Below the pieces are notes generated by a model. The model made no database searches, had not been told where the DNA came from, and was given only the letters and a program-made list of their open reading frames with translations. Below are positions 52,890 to 62,657 of a DNA stretch of 64,000 nt, in pieces (within the stretch, counting starts at the first letter, position 1; every line of letters begins with the position of its first letter). A program made the translations under genes and the position numbers. Origin of the DNA: an uncultured Chloroflexia bacterium. Its GTDB lineage: Bacteria; Chloroflexota; Dehalococcoidia; DSTF01; JALHUB01. The stretch is from the NCBI GenBank assembly GCA_963726245.1, contig CAVSBT010000019.1, positions 85,855-149,854 of the forward strand, written 5' to 3'.

Positions 52890-54767
52890 ATGCCTAGCTT
52901 GACTGGGCAGATCCTCCGCCGACTACCCGCCATCGGCACGGACGCCGTCATCGTCCTGGGAAGCTACGCCCTGGCCCTGGCCCTCCGCTTCGATGGCAAC
53001 GTCCCCAGCGAGTCCTGGACCTGGTTCTCCTGGGCCGTCCCCATCATCGCCCTCGGCTACATCTTCGCCAATACGGTCTTCGGGGTTTACCGCACCGCCT
53101 GGCAGTACGGCGGCACCCTGGACGCCGTCTACCTGGGGCTGGCGGTGAGCCTGGTGACGGTCATCGCCATCGGCGTCAATCGGACGCTGGAGCACCGGCC
53201 CATTCCCCTCAGCGTCAACCTCATCAGCGGCGTTCTCATCTTCCTGTTCATGGGCATAGTGAAGCTTTCGCCCCGGCTCATGGTCAGGGGCGGCCTTCCC
53301 TTCGTGGGCTGGATGGAGGAAGGCGCGCAGCGGGTGCTCATCGTGGGGGCCGGGAACACCGGCCAGCTCCTGGCGCGCGAGATGCGACAGAACCGGGAGT
53401 GGAACTACCGGCCGGTCTGCTTCGTCGACGACGACCCCCGTAAGAAAGGGATGCGCATCCACGGCGTGCCGGTCACGGGCACCCGACACGAGATACCCTC
53501 CCTGGTCGAGAAGATGGGCGTGGACCTGGTGGCGCTGGCCATACCCTCGGCCCATGCCAGCACGATCGAGGAGATCCTGACCCTCTGCGAGGCGACCAAG
53601 GTGCCGGTACGTATCGTGCCGGGCGTGCCGGAGATCGTCAGCGGCCGTGCTCGCGTGGGCGAGCTGCGGGAGGTGACCACCGACGACCTGGTGGCCCGCG
53701 ACCCGGTGGAGGTGGACCTGGAGGCCTGCCGGCAGGCGTTGCAGGGCCGCTCGGTGCTCATCACGGGGGCGGCTGGCTCCATCGGGTCGGAGCTGGCCCG
53801 CCGGGTGCTCGACTTCGGGCCCTCCGCTATCCACCTCTTCGATGCCAGCGAGGGCGGCCTGCACGAGCTGCGCCTGCGCCTGATGCAACTGAACCAGGAG
53901 TGCCAGGTGCGGCCGTGGCTCGGCAGCATCGCCGACGGGTCCAAGGTTTCGCAGGTGTTCGCGGCGGCCCGGCCCCAGGTGGTCTTCCATTGCGCCGCCT
54001 ACAAGCATGTGCCCCTTGTGGAGGAGCACCCGGACCAGGCCTTCCAGGTCAATGTGCTGGGTACCCTGCATGTCTTCCAGGCCGCCGAGCGCTGGGGAGC
54101 TGAGAAGGCGGTGTTCCTCTCCAGCCACACGGCGGTGAACCCTTCCAGCGTCATGGGGGCCAGCAAGCGCGTGGGGGAGCTGATGGTGAGGGGCATGGGA
54201 CACGGTGGCAAGACAGCTTTGGCCGCCATCCGCCTGACCAACGTCATCGATAGCCGGGGGGGCGTGGTAAGCATCTTTGCCCGCCAGATCCAGAAGGGCG
54301 GGCCGCTGTCGGTGACGCACCCGGAGGTGGCGCGCTACTTTCTTACCCTTCATGAGGTGGCCACCCTCATTATCCAGGTGGCGGCCCAGGCACAGGGCGG
54401 CGAGATCTTCATACTGGACGTGGGCGACGAGATCCGCATCGTCGAGCTGGCGGAGCGGATGATCCGCTCTCAGGGGATGGAACCGGGTCGGGACGTGGAG
54501 ATCGTGTACACTGGGCTGCGCCCTGGCGAGAAGCTGCGGGAGAACCTGGCGGGCCCGGACGAGGTTCTGTTGTCGACGGCGCATTCCAAGGTGTTCGAGG
54601 TCCAGGGCGGCGGAACGCTGTCTTCGGCAGAGCTGCTGGCGGAGATCAGCGCCCTCGAAGCCTGCCTTCCCGAGAGCAGCGAGGAGATGGCCGCCCGCAT
54701 TCACGCCCTGGCCCGCCTGGACGAACGCCGGGCCCGCGCTTCCACGACCTCTGAGCCGCTTACCTAG
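52890..54767 (+). CDS. CapD/PglF/WbpM-like nucleotide-sugar dehydratase with atypical active site
   Basis: N-terminal TM region, IVGAG, ITGAAGSIGSEL, AAYKHVP, MGASKR, GLRPGEKL. Confidence 0.9.
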   Translation: MPSLTGQILRRLPAIGTDAVIVLGSYALALALRFDGNVPSESWTWFSWAVPIIALGYIFANTVFGVYRTAWQYGGTLDAVYLGLAVSLVTVIAIGVNRTLEHRPIPLSVNLISGVLIFLFMGIVKLSPRLMVRGGLPFVGWMEEGAQRVLIVGAGNTGQLLAREMRQNREWNYRPVCFVDDDPRKKGMRIHGVPVTGTRHEIPSLVEKMGVDLVALAIPSAHASTIEEILTLCEATKVPVRIVPGVPEIVSGRARVGELREVTTDDLVARDPVEVDLEACRQALQGRSVLITGAAGSIGSELARRVLDFGPSAIHLFDASEGGLHELRLRLMQLNQECQVRPWLGSIADGSKVSQVFAAARPQVVFHCAAYKHVPLVEEHPDQAFQVNVLGTLHVFQAAERWGAEKAVFLSSHTAVNPSSVMGASKRVGELMVRGMGHGGKTALAAIRLTNVIDSRGGVVSIFARQIQKGGPLSVTHPEVARYFLTLHEVATLIIQVAAQAQGGEIFILDVGDEIRIVELAERMIRSQGMEPGRDVEIVYTGLRPGEKLRENLAGPDEVLLSTAHSKVFEVQGGGTLSSAELLAEISALEACLPESSEEMAARIHALARLDERRARASTTSEPLT

Positions 54768-54777
54768 GGTCTCCGCC

Positions 54778-55845
54778 GTGAAGGTTGTCTCCATCGTGGG
54801 GGCGCGTCCCCAGTTCATCAAGGCAGCGGTTCTGAGTCCTGCCCTCCGCCGGGAGCACCACGAGGTGCTGGTCCACACCGGCCAGCACTATGACGAGCCC
54901 ATGTCCCAGGTGTTCTTCGAGGAGCTGGGCCTGCCCGAGCCCGACTACCACCTGGGGGTCGGCTCCGGCAGCCACGGCGAGCAGACAGGCCGCATGCTGG
55001 AGCGCATCGAGGAGGTGCTGCTGCGGGAGCAGCCCGACTGCGCCCTGGTCTACGGCGACACCAACTCCACCCTGGCCGGGGCCCTGGCCGCCGCCAAGCT
55101 GGGCGTCCGCCTGGGGCACGTGGAGGCCGGCCTGCGCAGCGGCAATCGCCGCCTGCCTGAGGAGATCAACCGCATAGTGGCTGACCACTGCTCGGACCTG
55201 CTCTTCTGCCCGACGATGACCGCGGTCAACAACCTGGAATGCGAGGGAATTACGTCGGGCGTGCATCCGGTGGGCGATGTCATGTACGATTCGCTCCTCC
55301 AGCACCTGCCTGTGGCCGAGGAGAAGAGCGATGTGCTGAAGCGGCTGGGGGTGTCGCCCGGCGCCTACTACCTGGCAACCATCCACCGCGCGTCCAACAC
55401 CGATGACGCGGCGCGGCTGGCGGACATCCTGGAGGGCCTCCGGCGCCTCGATGGGCCGGTGGTCTTCCCCGTCCACCCGCGTACCCGCAAGGCGGTGGAG
55501 GCGGCCTCACTGGCGATGAGCGATGGTATGCTGGCGGTGGACCCGGTAGGCTACGGCGACATGCTGGTGCTTCAGAAGAACGCTCGCCGCGTGCTCACCG
55601 ACTCCGGGGGTGTGCAGAAGGAGGCCTATCTCCTGGCCGTGCCCTGCGTCACCCTGCGCGAGGATACAGAGTGGCCGGAGACCCTGGAAAACGGCTGGAA
55701 CGTCCTGGCGGGGACGGACCCGGAGCGCATCGTCAGCGCTGCTATGCGGCCCGCTCCGAAAGGGCGGCGCGCCTCCTGTTTCGGCGACGGCCGGGCGGCG
55801 GAGCGCATCGTGAAGGCCATCGAGGATGATTCATCCCACGGCTGA
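54778..55845 (+). CDS. wecB: Non-hydrolysing UDP-GlcNAc(-uronate) 2-epimerase (WecB/WbpI-like)
   Basis: VGARPQFIK, HTGQHYD, GDTNST, HVEAGLRS, TDSGGVQKEA. Confidence 0.93.
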   Translation: MKVVSIVGARPQFIKAAVLSPALRREHHEVLVHTGQHYDEPMSQVFFEELGLPEPDYHLGVGSGSHGEQTGRMLERIEEVLLREQPDCALVYGDTNSTLAGALAAAKLGVRLGHVEAGLRSGNRRLPEEINRIVADHCSDLLFCPTMTAVNNLECEGITSGVHPVGDVMYDSLLQHLPVAEEKSDVLKRLGVSPGAYYLATIHRASNTDDAARLADILEGLRRLDGPVVFPVHPRTRKAVEAASLAMSDGMLAVDPVGYGDMLVLQKNARRVLTDSGGVQKEAYLLAVPCVTLREDTEWPETLENGWNVLAGTDPERIVSAAMRPAPKGRRASCFGDGRAAERIVKAIEDDSSHG

Positions 55846-56464
55846 GGTCTCGCCGGAGGCCCGCATTGGGCAGGGGACGCGCATCTGGCACGAAGCACAG
55901 GTGTGCGCAGGGGCCGTCGTGGGCGCCGACTGCAACATCGGCAAGGGCGTCTACATCGGCCCAGGCGTGGTGGTGGGGGAGCGGGTCAAGATCCAGAACC
56001 GGGCCTCGCTATATCCAGGACTGACCGTGGAGGACGGCGTCTTCATTGGGCCCCACGTCGTCTTCACCAACGACCGCTACCCCCGCTCCATCACCCCTGA
56101 GGGGCGTCTCCTCACCGACGCCGACTGGGAGCCGGGGGTCACGCTGGTACGGCATGGCGCCTCCATCGGCGCCGGCGCTGTTATCATCTGCGGCCTGACC
56201 ATCGGTCGCTGGGCGCTGGTGGGGGCGGGAGCCTTGGTAACTCACGACGTGCCCGACCACGGCCTGGTGATGGGAGCGCCGGCTCGCCTCGTGGGCTACG
56301 TCTGCCAGTGCGCCCGCAAGCTCGAGCCCGAGGGCCCGTCGGGGCCTGCCGGCCGGTCGAGCGGGAGCTGGCGCTGTCCGGCCTGCGGCAGGACCTTTGA
56401 ACTGGCGCCCTTGCCTGGGCGCGTCCGGCGGAGTCGGGCACGCCTGACAGCGAGGGGCGCATGA
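55826..56464 (+). CDS. Hexapeptide-repeat N-acetyltransferase (WbpD-like)
   Basis: IHPTA, RIWH, VKIQN, FTND, GASIGAGA; C-terminal CQC...CPAC. Confidence 0.9.
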   Translation: MIHPTAEVSPEARIGQGTRIWHEAQVCAGAVVGADCNIGKGVYIGPGVVVGERVKIQNRASLYPGLTVEDGVFIGPHVVFTNDRYPRSITPEGRLLTDADWEPGVTLVRHGASIGAGAVIICGLTIGRWALVGAGALVTHDVPDHGLVMGAPARLVGYVCQCARKLEPEGPSGPAGRSSGSWRCPACGRTFELAPLPGRVRRSRARLTARGA

Positions 56465-57575
56465 TCCGCATTGCGCAGCCCCTCCTGGGTGAGGAGGAGG
56501 AGCAGGCCGTCCTCGCTGTGCTGCGGTCGGGACAGCTATCCCAGGGCCCGCTGGTGCGGCGCTTCGAAGAGGCCTTCGCCCGCTACATAGGCGTGCGGGA
56601 AGCGGTGGCCGTCTCCTCGGGGACGGCGGCCCTGCACGTCGCTCTCCTGGCTCACGGTATCGGCCCCGGCGACGAGGTCGTCACCAGCCCCTTCACCTTC
56701 GTCGCCACCGCCAATGCCATCCTGGCGACGGGCGCGCGGCCCGTCTTCGCCGACGTGTCGGAGGATGACTTCAACCTCGACCCGGCCCGGGCCGGGGAGA
56801 GCATCAGCGAGCGGACGCGGGCTCTGTTGCCGGTGCATCTCTACGGCCAGGCGGCGGACATGGAGGCGTTCTCGGCGCTGGCGCATCGCCACGGCCTGGC
56901 GCTCATCGAGGACGCCTGCCAGGCAGCGGGGGCTTTGTTCGGCGGGCGCAAGGCCGGTTCCTTCGGCACAGGCTGCTTCTCTTTCTACGCCACCAAGAAC
57001 ATGACGACCGGCGAAGGGGGCATGATCACCACCGACGACCCCGAAGCTGGCGGCACGGGCGCGCCTCCTGCGCGACCACGGCCAGCGACGCCGCTACGTG
57101 AGCGAGACGCTGGGCTACAACCTGCGCATGACGGAGGTGGCTGCCGCCCTGGGCCTGGCCCAGCTCCAGAAGCTGGACGCCCTCAACGAGCGACGGCGCG
57201 CCAACGCCCGCTACCTGACGGAGCGTCTGCCTGGTGTAACGACGCCGCGAGAGCTCCCCGGCCGCCGCCACGTCTACCACCAGTACACGATACGGGCTGG
57301 GCCGGGGCCGCGACGCGCTGCTAAGATACCTGCGCGATAGGGATATCGAGGCTGCGGTGTTCTACCCTTTGCCTATCCATAGGCAGCCACTCTATCGGGG
57401 CCTGGGCTATCGCCAGCGGCTGCCGGTAGCGGAGCGGCTGAGCCGGGAGGTGCTGTCGCTGCCGGTGCACCCCGGGTTGAGCCGGGAGGAGCTGGACGCT
57501 GTGGTGTCGGCCGTGCGAGAGGGCCTGGCGGCGGGCCGAGCAGGCCGCGTGGCCATGAGGGGCGCCGGTGGCTAA
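56461..57575 (+). CDS. DegT family aminotransferase (WbpE-like; frameshifts near 57050 and 57320)
   Basis: SSGTAAL, PVHLYGQ, EDACQA, SFYATKNMTTGEGG, GYNLRM, LSLPVHP. Confidence 0.88.
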
Positions 57576-58626
57576 CCAGGGCGGGAGACTTCTTGCGGCC
57601 GGCGTCATCGGCCTGGGGGCCATGGGCATCAACCACGCCCGCGTCTACGGCGAGATGGAGGGCGTGGAGCTGGTGGCCGTGGCCGACCCGGCGCCCGAGA
57701 GGCGGCGCCTGGCTGCCCGCTGGCGGCGCCTGCGGACCTATGTTGACTACCAAGAGATGCTGGCCCGCGAGCGGCTGGACCTGGTGTCGGTGGCGGTGCC
57801 CACCCGCCTGCACCGGGAGGTGGCCCTGGCCGCTCTGGAGCGCCGGCTGGGCACCCTGGTCGAGAAGCCCATCGCCGCCGAACCGGAGGAGGGGCGGGCG
57901 ATCCTGGCCGCCGCCGGCGAGGCCGGCTGCCAGCTTATGGTCGGGCACGTCGAGCGCTTCAACCCGGCGGTGCAGGAGCTGAAGCGGCGTCTGGAGGCGG
58001 GTGAGCTGGGTCGTGTCTTCCTGGCCCGGGCCGAGCGGGTGGGGCCCTTCCCTCAGCGCATCCGCGACGTGGGTGTGGTGCAGGACCTGGCCACCCATGA
58101 CATCGACGTCATGCGTTTCCTGCTGGCCTCGGAGGTGGAGCGTGTCTATGCCGAAACGGAGGCCGGCCTCCGCACCGAGCACGAGGACCTGCTCTCGGCG
58201 GTGATGCGCTTCCGCAGTGGCGTCGTGGGGCTCTTGGAGGTGAACTGGCTCACCCCCACCAAGGTGCGGCGCCTGGCGTTGGTGGGCGAAGCGGGCATGT
58301 TCGTCGTGGACTACCTGACGCAGGAGCTCCTGTTCTACGAGCGGGAATCGGCTGGGGCTGCCTGCCTGCCCGGTCAGGGGCCCAGCCTGGCCGCCCTTAC
58401 CGGTGGAGGCGAGGGGGCCATGACCCGTATCCCCGTCGAGAAGAAGGAACCCCTGCGGGCGGAGCTGGAGGCCTTCGTGGAGTCGGTGGCCCGGGGGTCG
58501 CCTTCCCCCGTGCCGGCGGAGGACGCCCTGGCCGCCGTGGAGGTGGCGACCCGGCTGGTGGAGTCGGGCCGGACGGGGCGCGTGGTGCAGGTGGGCGCCG
58601 AGCCAATCGGTCGGAGCGAGGTCTGA
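57568..58626 (+). CDS. Gfo/Idh/MocA oxidoreductase (WbpB-like)
   Basis: GLGAMGINH, EKP, GHVERFNPA, DLATHDID. Confidence 0.9.
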   Translation: MANQGGRLLAAGVIGLGAMGINHARVYGEMEGVELVAVADPAPERRRLAARWRRLRTYVDYQEMLARERLDLVSVAVPTRLHREVALAALERRLGTLVEKPIAAEPEEGRAILAAAGEAGCQLMVGHVERFNPAVQELKRRLEAGELGRVFLARAERVGPFPQRIRDVGVVQDLATHDIDVMRFLLASEVERVYAETEAGLRTEHEDLLSAVMRFRSGVVGLLEVNWLTPTKVRRLALVGEAGMFVVDYLTQELLFYERESAGAACLPGQGPSLAALTGGGEGAMTRIPVEKKEPLRAELEAFVESVARGSPSPVPAEDALAAVEVATRLVESGRTGRVVQVGAEPIGRSEV

Positions 58627-58631
58627 GAGCC

Positions 58632-59894
58632 GTGCGGGTGTGCGTTGTCGGTCTGGGCAAGATTGGGCTTCCCCTGGCGGCCCAGTACGCCTCCAAGGGG
58701 CTCTCGGTGGTTGGCTGCGACCCGGACGCCGAGCTGGTAGCAGAGGTGCGGGAAGGACGCTGCCCCCTGGTCGGCGAGAAGGGGCTGGCGCGGTCGATCC
58801 GCAAGGCGGTGGCTGCGGGGTGCCTGGAGGCCACCACCGACACAGCGGCGGGCGTGCGAGAGGCCCAGGTGGTGGTAGTCATCGTCCCCGTGGGTCTGAC
58901 ACCTGACCGGCGGCCGGACTTCTCGCGCCTCGACGAGGCGGCGGCGGCCGTGGCCCGCGGCCTGCGGCCCGGCACGCTGGTTATCCTGGAGACGACGGTA
59001 CCCGTAGGCACCACCCGCGGCCGGCTGGGGCCGGCGCTGGAGGCCTCTGGGTTGCGCATGGGCGCCGACTTCCGCCTCGCCTACAGCCCGGAGCGAGTGT
59101 CTGTGGGGCGCATCTTCGCCGACCTGAAGCGATACCCGAAGGTCGTGGGCGGCATCGACGAGGCGAGCCGGGAAGACGCTGTCGCCTTCTACCGTCAGGC
59201 GCTGGATGCCAGGGTGATGACGGTACGGGATGCCGAGACGGCGGAGTTCGTCAAGCTGGCGGAGACCACCTATCGCGATGTGAACATCGCTCTGGCCAAC
59301 GAGCTGGCCGTCTACGCCGACCACCGCGGCCTGGACGCCGTCGAGGCCTTCGCCGCCGCCAATAGCCAGCCCTATTCGCACCTGCACCAGCCCGGCGTCG
59401 GTGTGGGCGGTCACTGCATCCCGGTTAACCCGCACCTGCTGATGGACGAGGGCTTCCCCCTGCCCCTGGTGGCGGCCGCCCGTCAGATGAACGACGGCAT
59501 GGCGGCCTACGGCGTGGGGAAGCTGGAGGAAGCGCTGGGCGGCCTGCGAGGGCGTACCGTGCTTATCCTGGGCCTGGCCTACCGGCCGAACGTGAAGGAG
59601 GCCGCCGGCTCCAGCGCCTTCGCGCTGGCCCGGGAGCTGGAGGCGCGCGGCGCCCGGGCGCTGGTGCACGACCCCCTCTTCAGCGCCCGCGAGGTGGAGG
59701 CGGCGGGCCTGCGACCTGCGTACCCCTTCCCGCACGAAGTGGACGCCGTGGTGATCCAGGCCCTGCACGACCAGTACCGGGACCTGGACCTGGGCACTTT
59801 CGCGGGCTGCCGGGCGGTGCTGGACGGGCGCAACGCCCTGTCGCGGTCTGAGGTGGAGGCGAAGGGGATGCTCTACCTGGGCATCGGGAGGTAG
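58632..59894 (+). CDS. UDP-hexosamine 6-dehydrogenase (WbpA/WecC-like)
   Basis: GLGKIGLPLA, ETTVPVGTT, YSPER, RDVNIALANE, GVGGHCIP. Confidence 0.92.
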   Translation: MRVCVVGLGKIGLPLAAQYASKGLSVVGCDPDAELVAEVREGRCPLVGEKGLARSIRKAVAAGCLEATTDTAAGVREAQVVVVIVPVGLTPDRRPDFSRLDEAAAAVARGLRPGTLVILETTVPVGTTRGRLGPALEASGLRMGADFRLAYSPERVSVGRIFADLKRYPKVVGGIDEASREDAVAFYRQALDARVMTVRDAETAEFVKLAETTYRDVNIALANELAVYADHRGLDAVEAFAAANSQPYSHLHQPGVGVGGHCIPVNPHLLMDEGFPLPLVAAARQMNDGMAAYGVGKLEEALGGLRGRTVLILGLAYRPNVKEAAGSSAFALARELEARGARALVHDPLFSAREVEAAGLRPAYPFPHEVDAVVIQALHDQYRDLDLGTFAGCRAVLDGRNALSRSEVEAKGMLYLGIGR

Positions 59895-59956
59895 GCGCAG
59901 AGGGAGCGCGGCCGGTCCGGCCCGCTCCGTCCAGTCGGCGGCTGCCGGAAGGGAAG

Positions 59957-59981
59957 GCAACCGCCCTAGCGAGGCGGTTGC
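59957..59981. terminator. Hairpin between convergent genes
   Basis: gcaaccgcc-ctagcga-ggcggttgc. Confidence 0.5.
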
Positions 59982-60009
59982 ATGCTATCTGGCGGGGGTT
60001 CTGAGCGCC

Positions 60010-60222
60010 CTAACGGTAGCGGGGACTGTGCAGGGCGCCGCTAGTGATGGGCTCGTCGATGTAGAGGTCGCCGTTGCGGATCTTGATGTTGAAGCCGCAG
60101 TCTGGATTGGTGCAGGCCCAAGCCTTGAAGTGAATCGCGGCCCCCTGGCTGCCGAAGTCTGAAAGCGGAACCAGGTCGCCGATCTTACACTTCTGACACT
60201 TGGGAAAGTTACCGATCTCCAC
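60010..60222 (-). CDS. Small zinc-finger protein, 70 aa
   Basis: CQKC...LVPLSDFG...KAWACTNPDC; GGAGG RBS, TGCTATACT -10. Confidence 0.8.
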   Translation of the reverse strand: MEIGNFPKCQKCKIGDLVPLSDFGSQGAAIHFKAWACTNPDCGFNIKIRNGDLYIDEPITSGALHSPRYR

Positions 60223-60419
60223 TAGCCACCTCCCCGGCCATCAATCGGCAGGAGTATAGCAGAGGCCCCGCGTACTGACAACACGCGTAGGGCCAGGCGC
60301 GCCGCTGCGACGTATATTCTTTGGAGGCCAAGCGAACGCGCCGCCGCTAGCTTCACTCCGCCCTTCGGCGGGTGCGGCGTGCTATCCTTGATCTGGTGGG
60401 CGGAAGAGGAGGTGTGTTC

Positions 60420-61277
60420 TTGAGGAGAGAGTTGTTGCTGCCCCTGGCCGCGCTGGCCCTTGGCCTGGCCGCGGCGGGCGGCTTCTTCGCCGCCTCGGCG
60501 GTCGGCGGCGAGGGTCATGAGCAGAAGAGCACCCGTGTTCAGGTTGTCACTCGTGGGGGTCAAGTCGAGCCGCGGGTGCTCGGGCAAGCCTTCGTCGGGA
60601 TGGTGCTGGCCGAGGAGCCCAATGGTGGCGGAGTGCGCATCACGCAGGTGATATCCGGAAGCCCCGCCGACGGCGCTGGGCTTAAGAAGGACGATATCAT
60701 CACAGCCGTCGATGGGAGCTCCGTCAAGAGTGTGGATGACGTTCAGAACGCCCTGAAGGACCGGAGCCCCGGCGACACGGTGACCTTCAGCGTGAGTCGG
60801 GGTGGTCAGGAGGAGGAGGTGGCCGTTACCCTTGGTCGGCGCGGCGAGACGCTGCCGGTGCAGCCGGCGCTCCCTGGCCAAATGGCTCAGCCCTACCTGG
60901 GAGTGAGCCTGGCGGACATCACACCGGAGATACAGAAGGAGCTGGGCCTGACCCGCGACCATGGCGTGGCCATCGTTGAGGTGGACCAGCAGGGGCCGGC
61001 GCAGAAGGCGGGCCTGCGCCGCGGTGATGTCGTCCTGATGATCGGGTCTCAGCAGGTCGCGACCGCAGAGGAGGCCAGAAACGCGATCCTCGGCCATCAG
61101 CCTGGCGAGGCGGTGTCAGTGCGGGTCCAGCGGGGCGGCGATGAGGTGAGCATACAGGTCGAGTTGGGCACCCGGCCGGGCATAGGTTCGCCGATGCCGA
61201 TGGTGCCGGGGCAGGGCCCGTTCCGGCAACAGCCCGGGGTGCCTCAGGCAATCAACCCCTTCGCCAACGGGTATTAA
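60420..61277 (+). CDS. Secreted/anchored tandem-PDZ protein without protease domain
   Basis: Hydrophobic N-terminus; GSPADGAGLKKDDII and GPAQKAGLRRGDVV PDZ motifs. Confidence 0.85.
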   Translation: MRRELLLPLAALALGLAAAGGFFAASAVGGEGHEQKSTRVQVVTRGGQVEPRVLGQAFVGMVLAEEPNGGGVRITQVISGSPADGAGLKKDDIITAVDGSSVKSVDDVQNALKDRSPGDTVTFSVSRGGQEEEVAVTLGRRGETLPVQPALPGQMAQPYLGVSLADITPEIQKELGLTRDHGVAIVEVDQQGPAQKAGLRRGDVVLMIGSQQVATAEEARNAILGHQPGEAVSVRVQRGGDEVSIQVELGTRPGIGSPMPMVPGQGPFRQQPGVPQAINPFANGY

Positions 61278-61299
61278 AGGGTCAGAGCGCACAGACATC

Positions 61300-61415
61300 G
61301 GGGCGCCCTCTCAAGAGGGCGCCCCTCTATAGCGTTCAGCAGATTGATGGCACCGTGCGCGGAGGGGCAGGGCTCGCCCCTGCCCCTCTGAGGGCGCCCG
61401 CGAGGGGCGGCCCTA
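61300..61415. repeat. Stacked hairpins/REP-like elements between convergent genes
   Basis: gggcgccctc-tcaa-gagggcgccc; gaggggcaggg-ctcgc-ccctgcccctc. Confidence 0.55.
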
Positions 61416-62624
61416 CCCAGCTTTCTCGTCGAGGCGCTGGATGATGCGCCGCAGGTAGCGATAGCAGCGCTCCAGCGAGGCGCCGTCAATGTTCTCCGGC
61501 GTGTCGCTGGGCCAGTGGTAGTGGGGAGAACGGCCGTCGGCGGCCAGGGACATGACAGTGATGGCCGGGAAGCCGTAGTGGTGGGCCGCCAGGGCGTCGC
61601 TCTGGGACCGGCGATGTCATGCCCTCTACGCCCTCGAACTCCGGCTCACGGCCCACCTCGGCGACCAGGGAGACGGCCTCGGCGTGCAAGCGGAACGGGG
61701 TGACATGGCCCTCGGCCTGCGAGTAGGCGGGCCGGCCCGAGCCCAGCATCTCCAGGTTCAGGACGAAGGGGTGGCGGCCCTCCAGTTCGGCGTGGTGCCG
61801 CTCCAGGAAGGCATACATGCCGCCCACGATGCCCTCTTCGCAGCCGGTAACCAGGAACCAGACCTCCAGGTTCTGGGGAGGGCTGGCGGTCAGCTCCTGG
61901 GCCAGGGCGAGGACGGTGGCGACGGCGGAGGCGTCGTCGTTGGCGCCGGGCACCACGGGGTTGCGGCGGATGTCGGCCAGGAAGCCCACCGTGCGGCGGA
62001 GAGGACGGCGCCGGGCATGCGCGACCATCTTCGCCAGGGATCGCGGCAGGCCGATGGCGCGGAGGGAGGAGGCGGCGGCCAGGGAGAGGAGTGCCCAGAA
62101 GGACAGGAGTAAGCGTCGGCGGCATCTCGCCGTCGGCGTAGCGGCGGCGGCAGCCAGCCTTGGACGGCCGGATGAAAGACGAAGCCGGAATGGGCGGCGT
62201 CGACGTGGGCGGAGACGACCAGCAGGCGCTGCGCCTGGGGGTTGGGCAATCGCGCCAGGGCGTTGATCGACGGCCGGGCCGGGAAGAGGCGGCGCAGCCA
62301 GTAAAAGCGGGCAGAGGCATCGCCCCAGAAGGAGGCGGCCAGGAAGGAGGTGGCGGCGGCCCCCAGGAGGCGCCGGCGGCGGCCGCCCCGGCCCAGGAGC
62401 AGCCAGGCGCCCAGGGCGCCTAGCACGTGGGCGCCCCAGACGTTCCAGTACTCCGGGTAGAAATGAAAGGTCTCCAGCTCAGGCTCCAGGCCGATCTCCT
62501 GGAAGCGGGAGGCCACCCAGCGGGATGCCTCTCGCTCCCCCTCGGAGGCGGAGCCGCGCGGGAAGCGGCAGAGCGCTTCGATGTCGGACTGGATGCGGGC
62601 CTGCGGTTCGGCGGGTGCAACCAT
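61413..62624 (-). CDS. M28 family peptidase with membrane insert (frameshifted)
   Basis: PRGSAS, VSAHVDA, GANDDASA, TGCEE, NLEMLG, SDALAA, YHWPSDTPEN. Confidence 0.85.
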
Positions 62625-62657
62625 GAGAGGTCTCCTTAGAGATTCAGAGCGGTTAGA

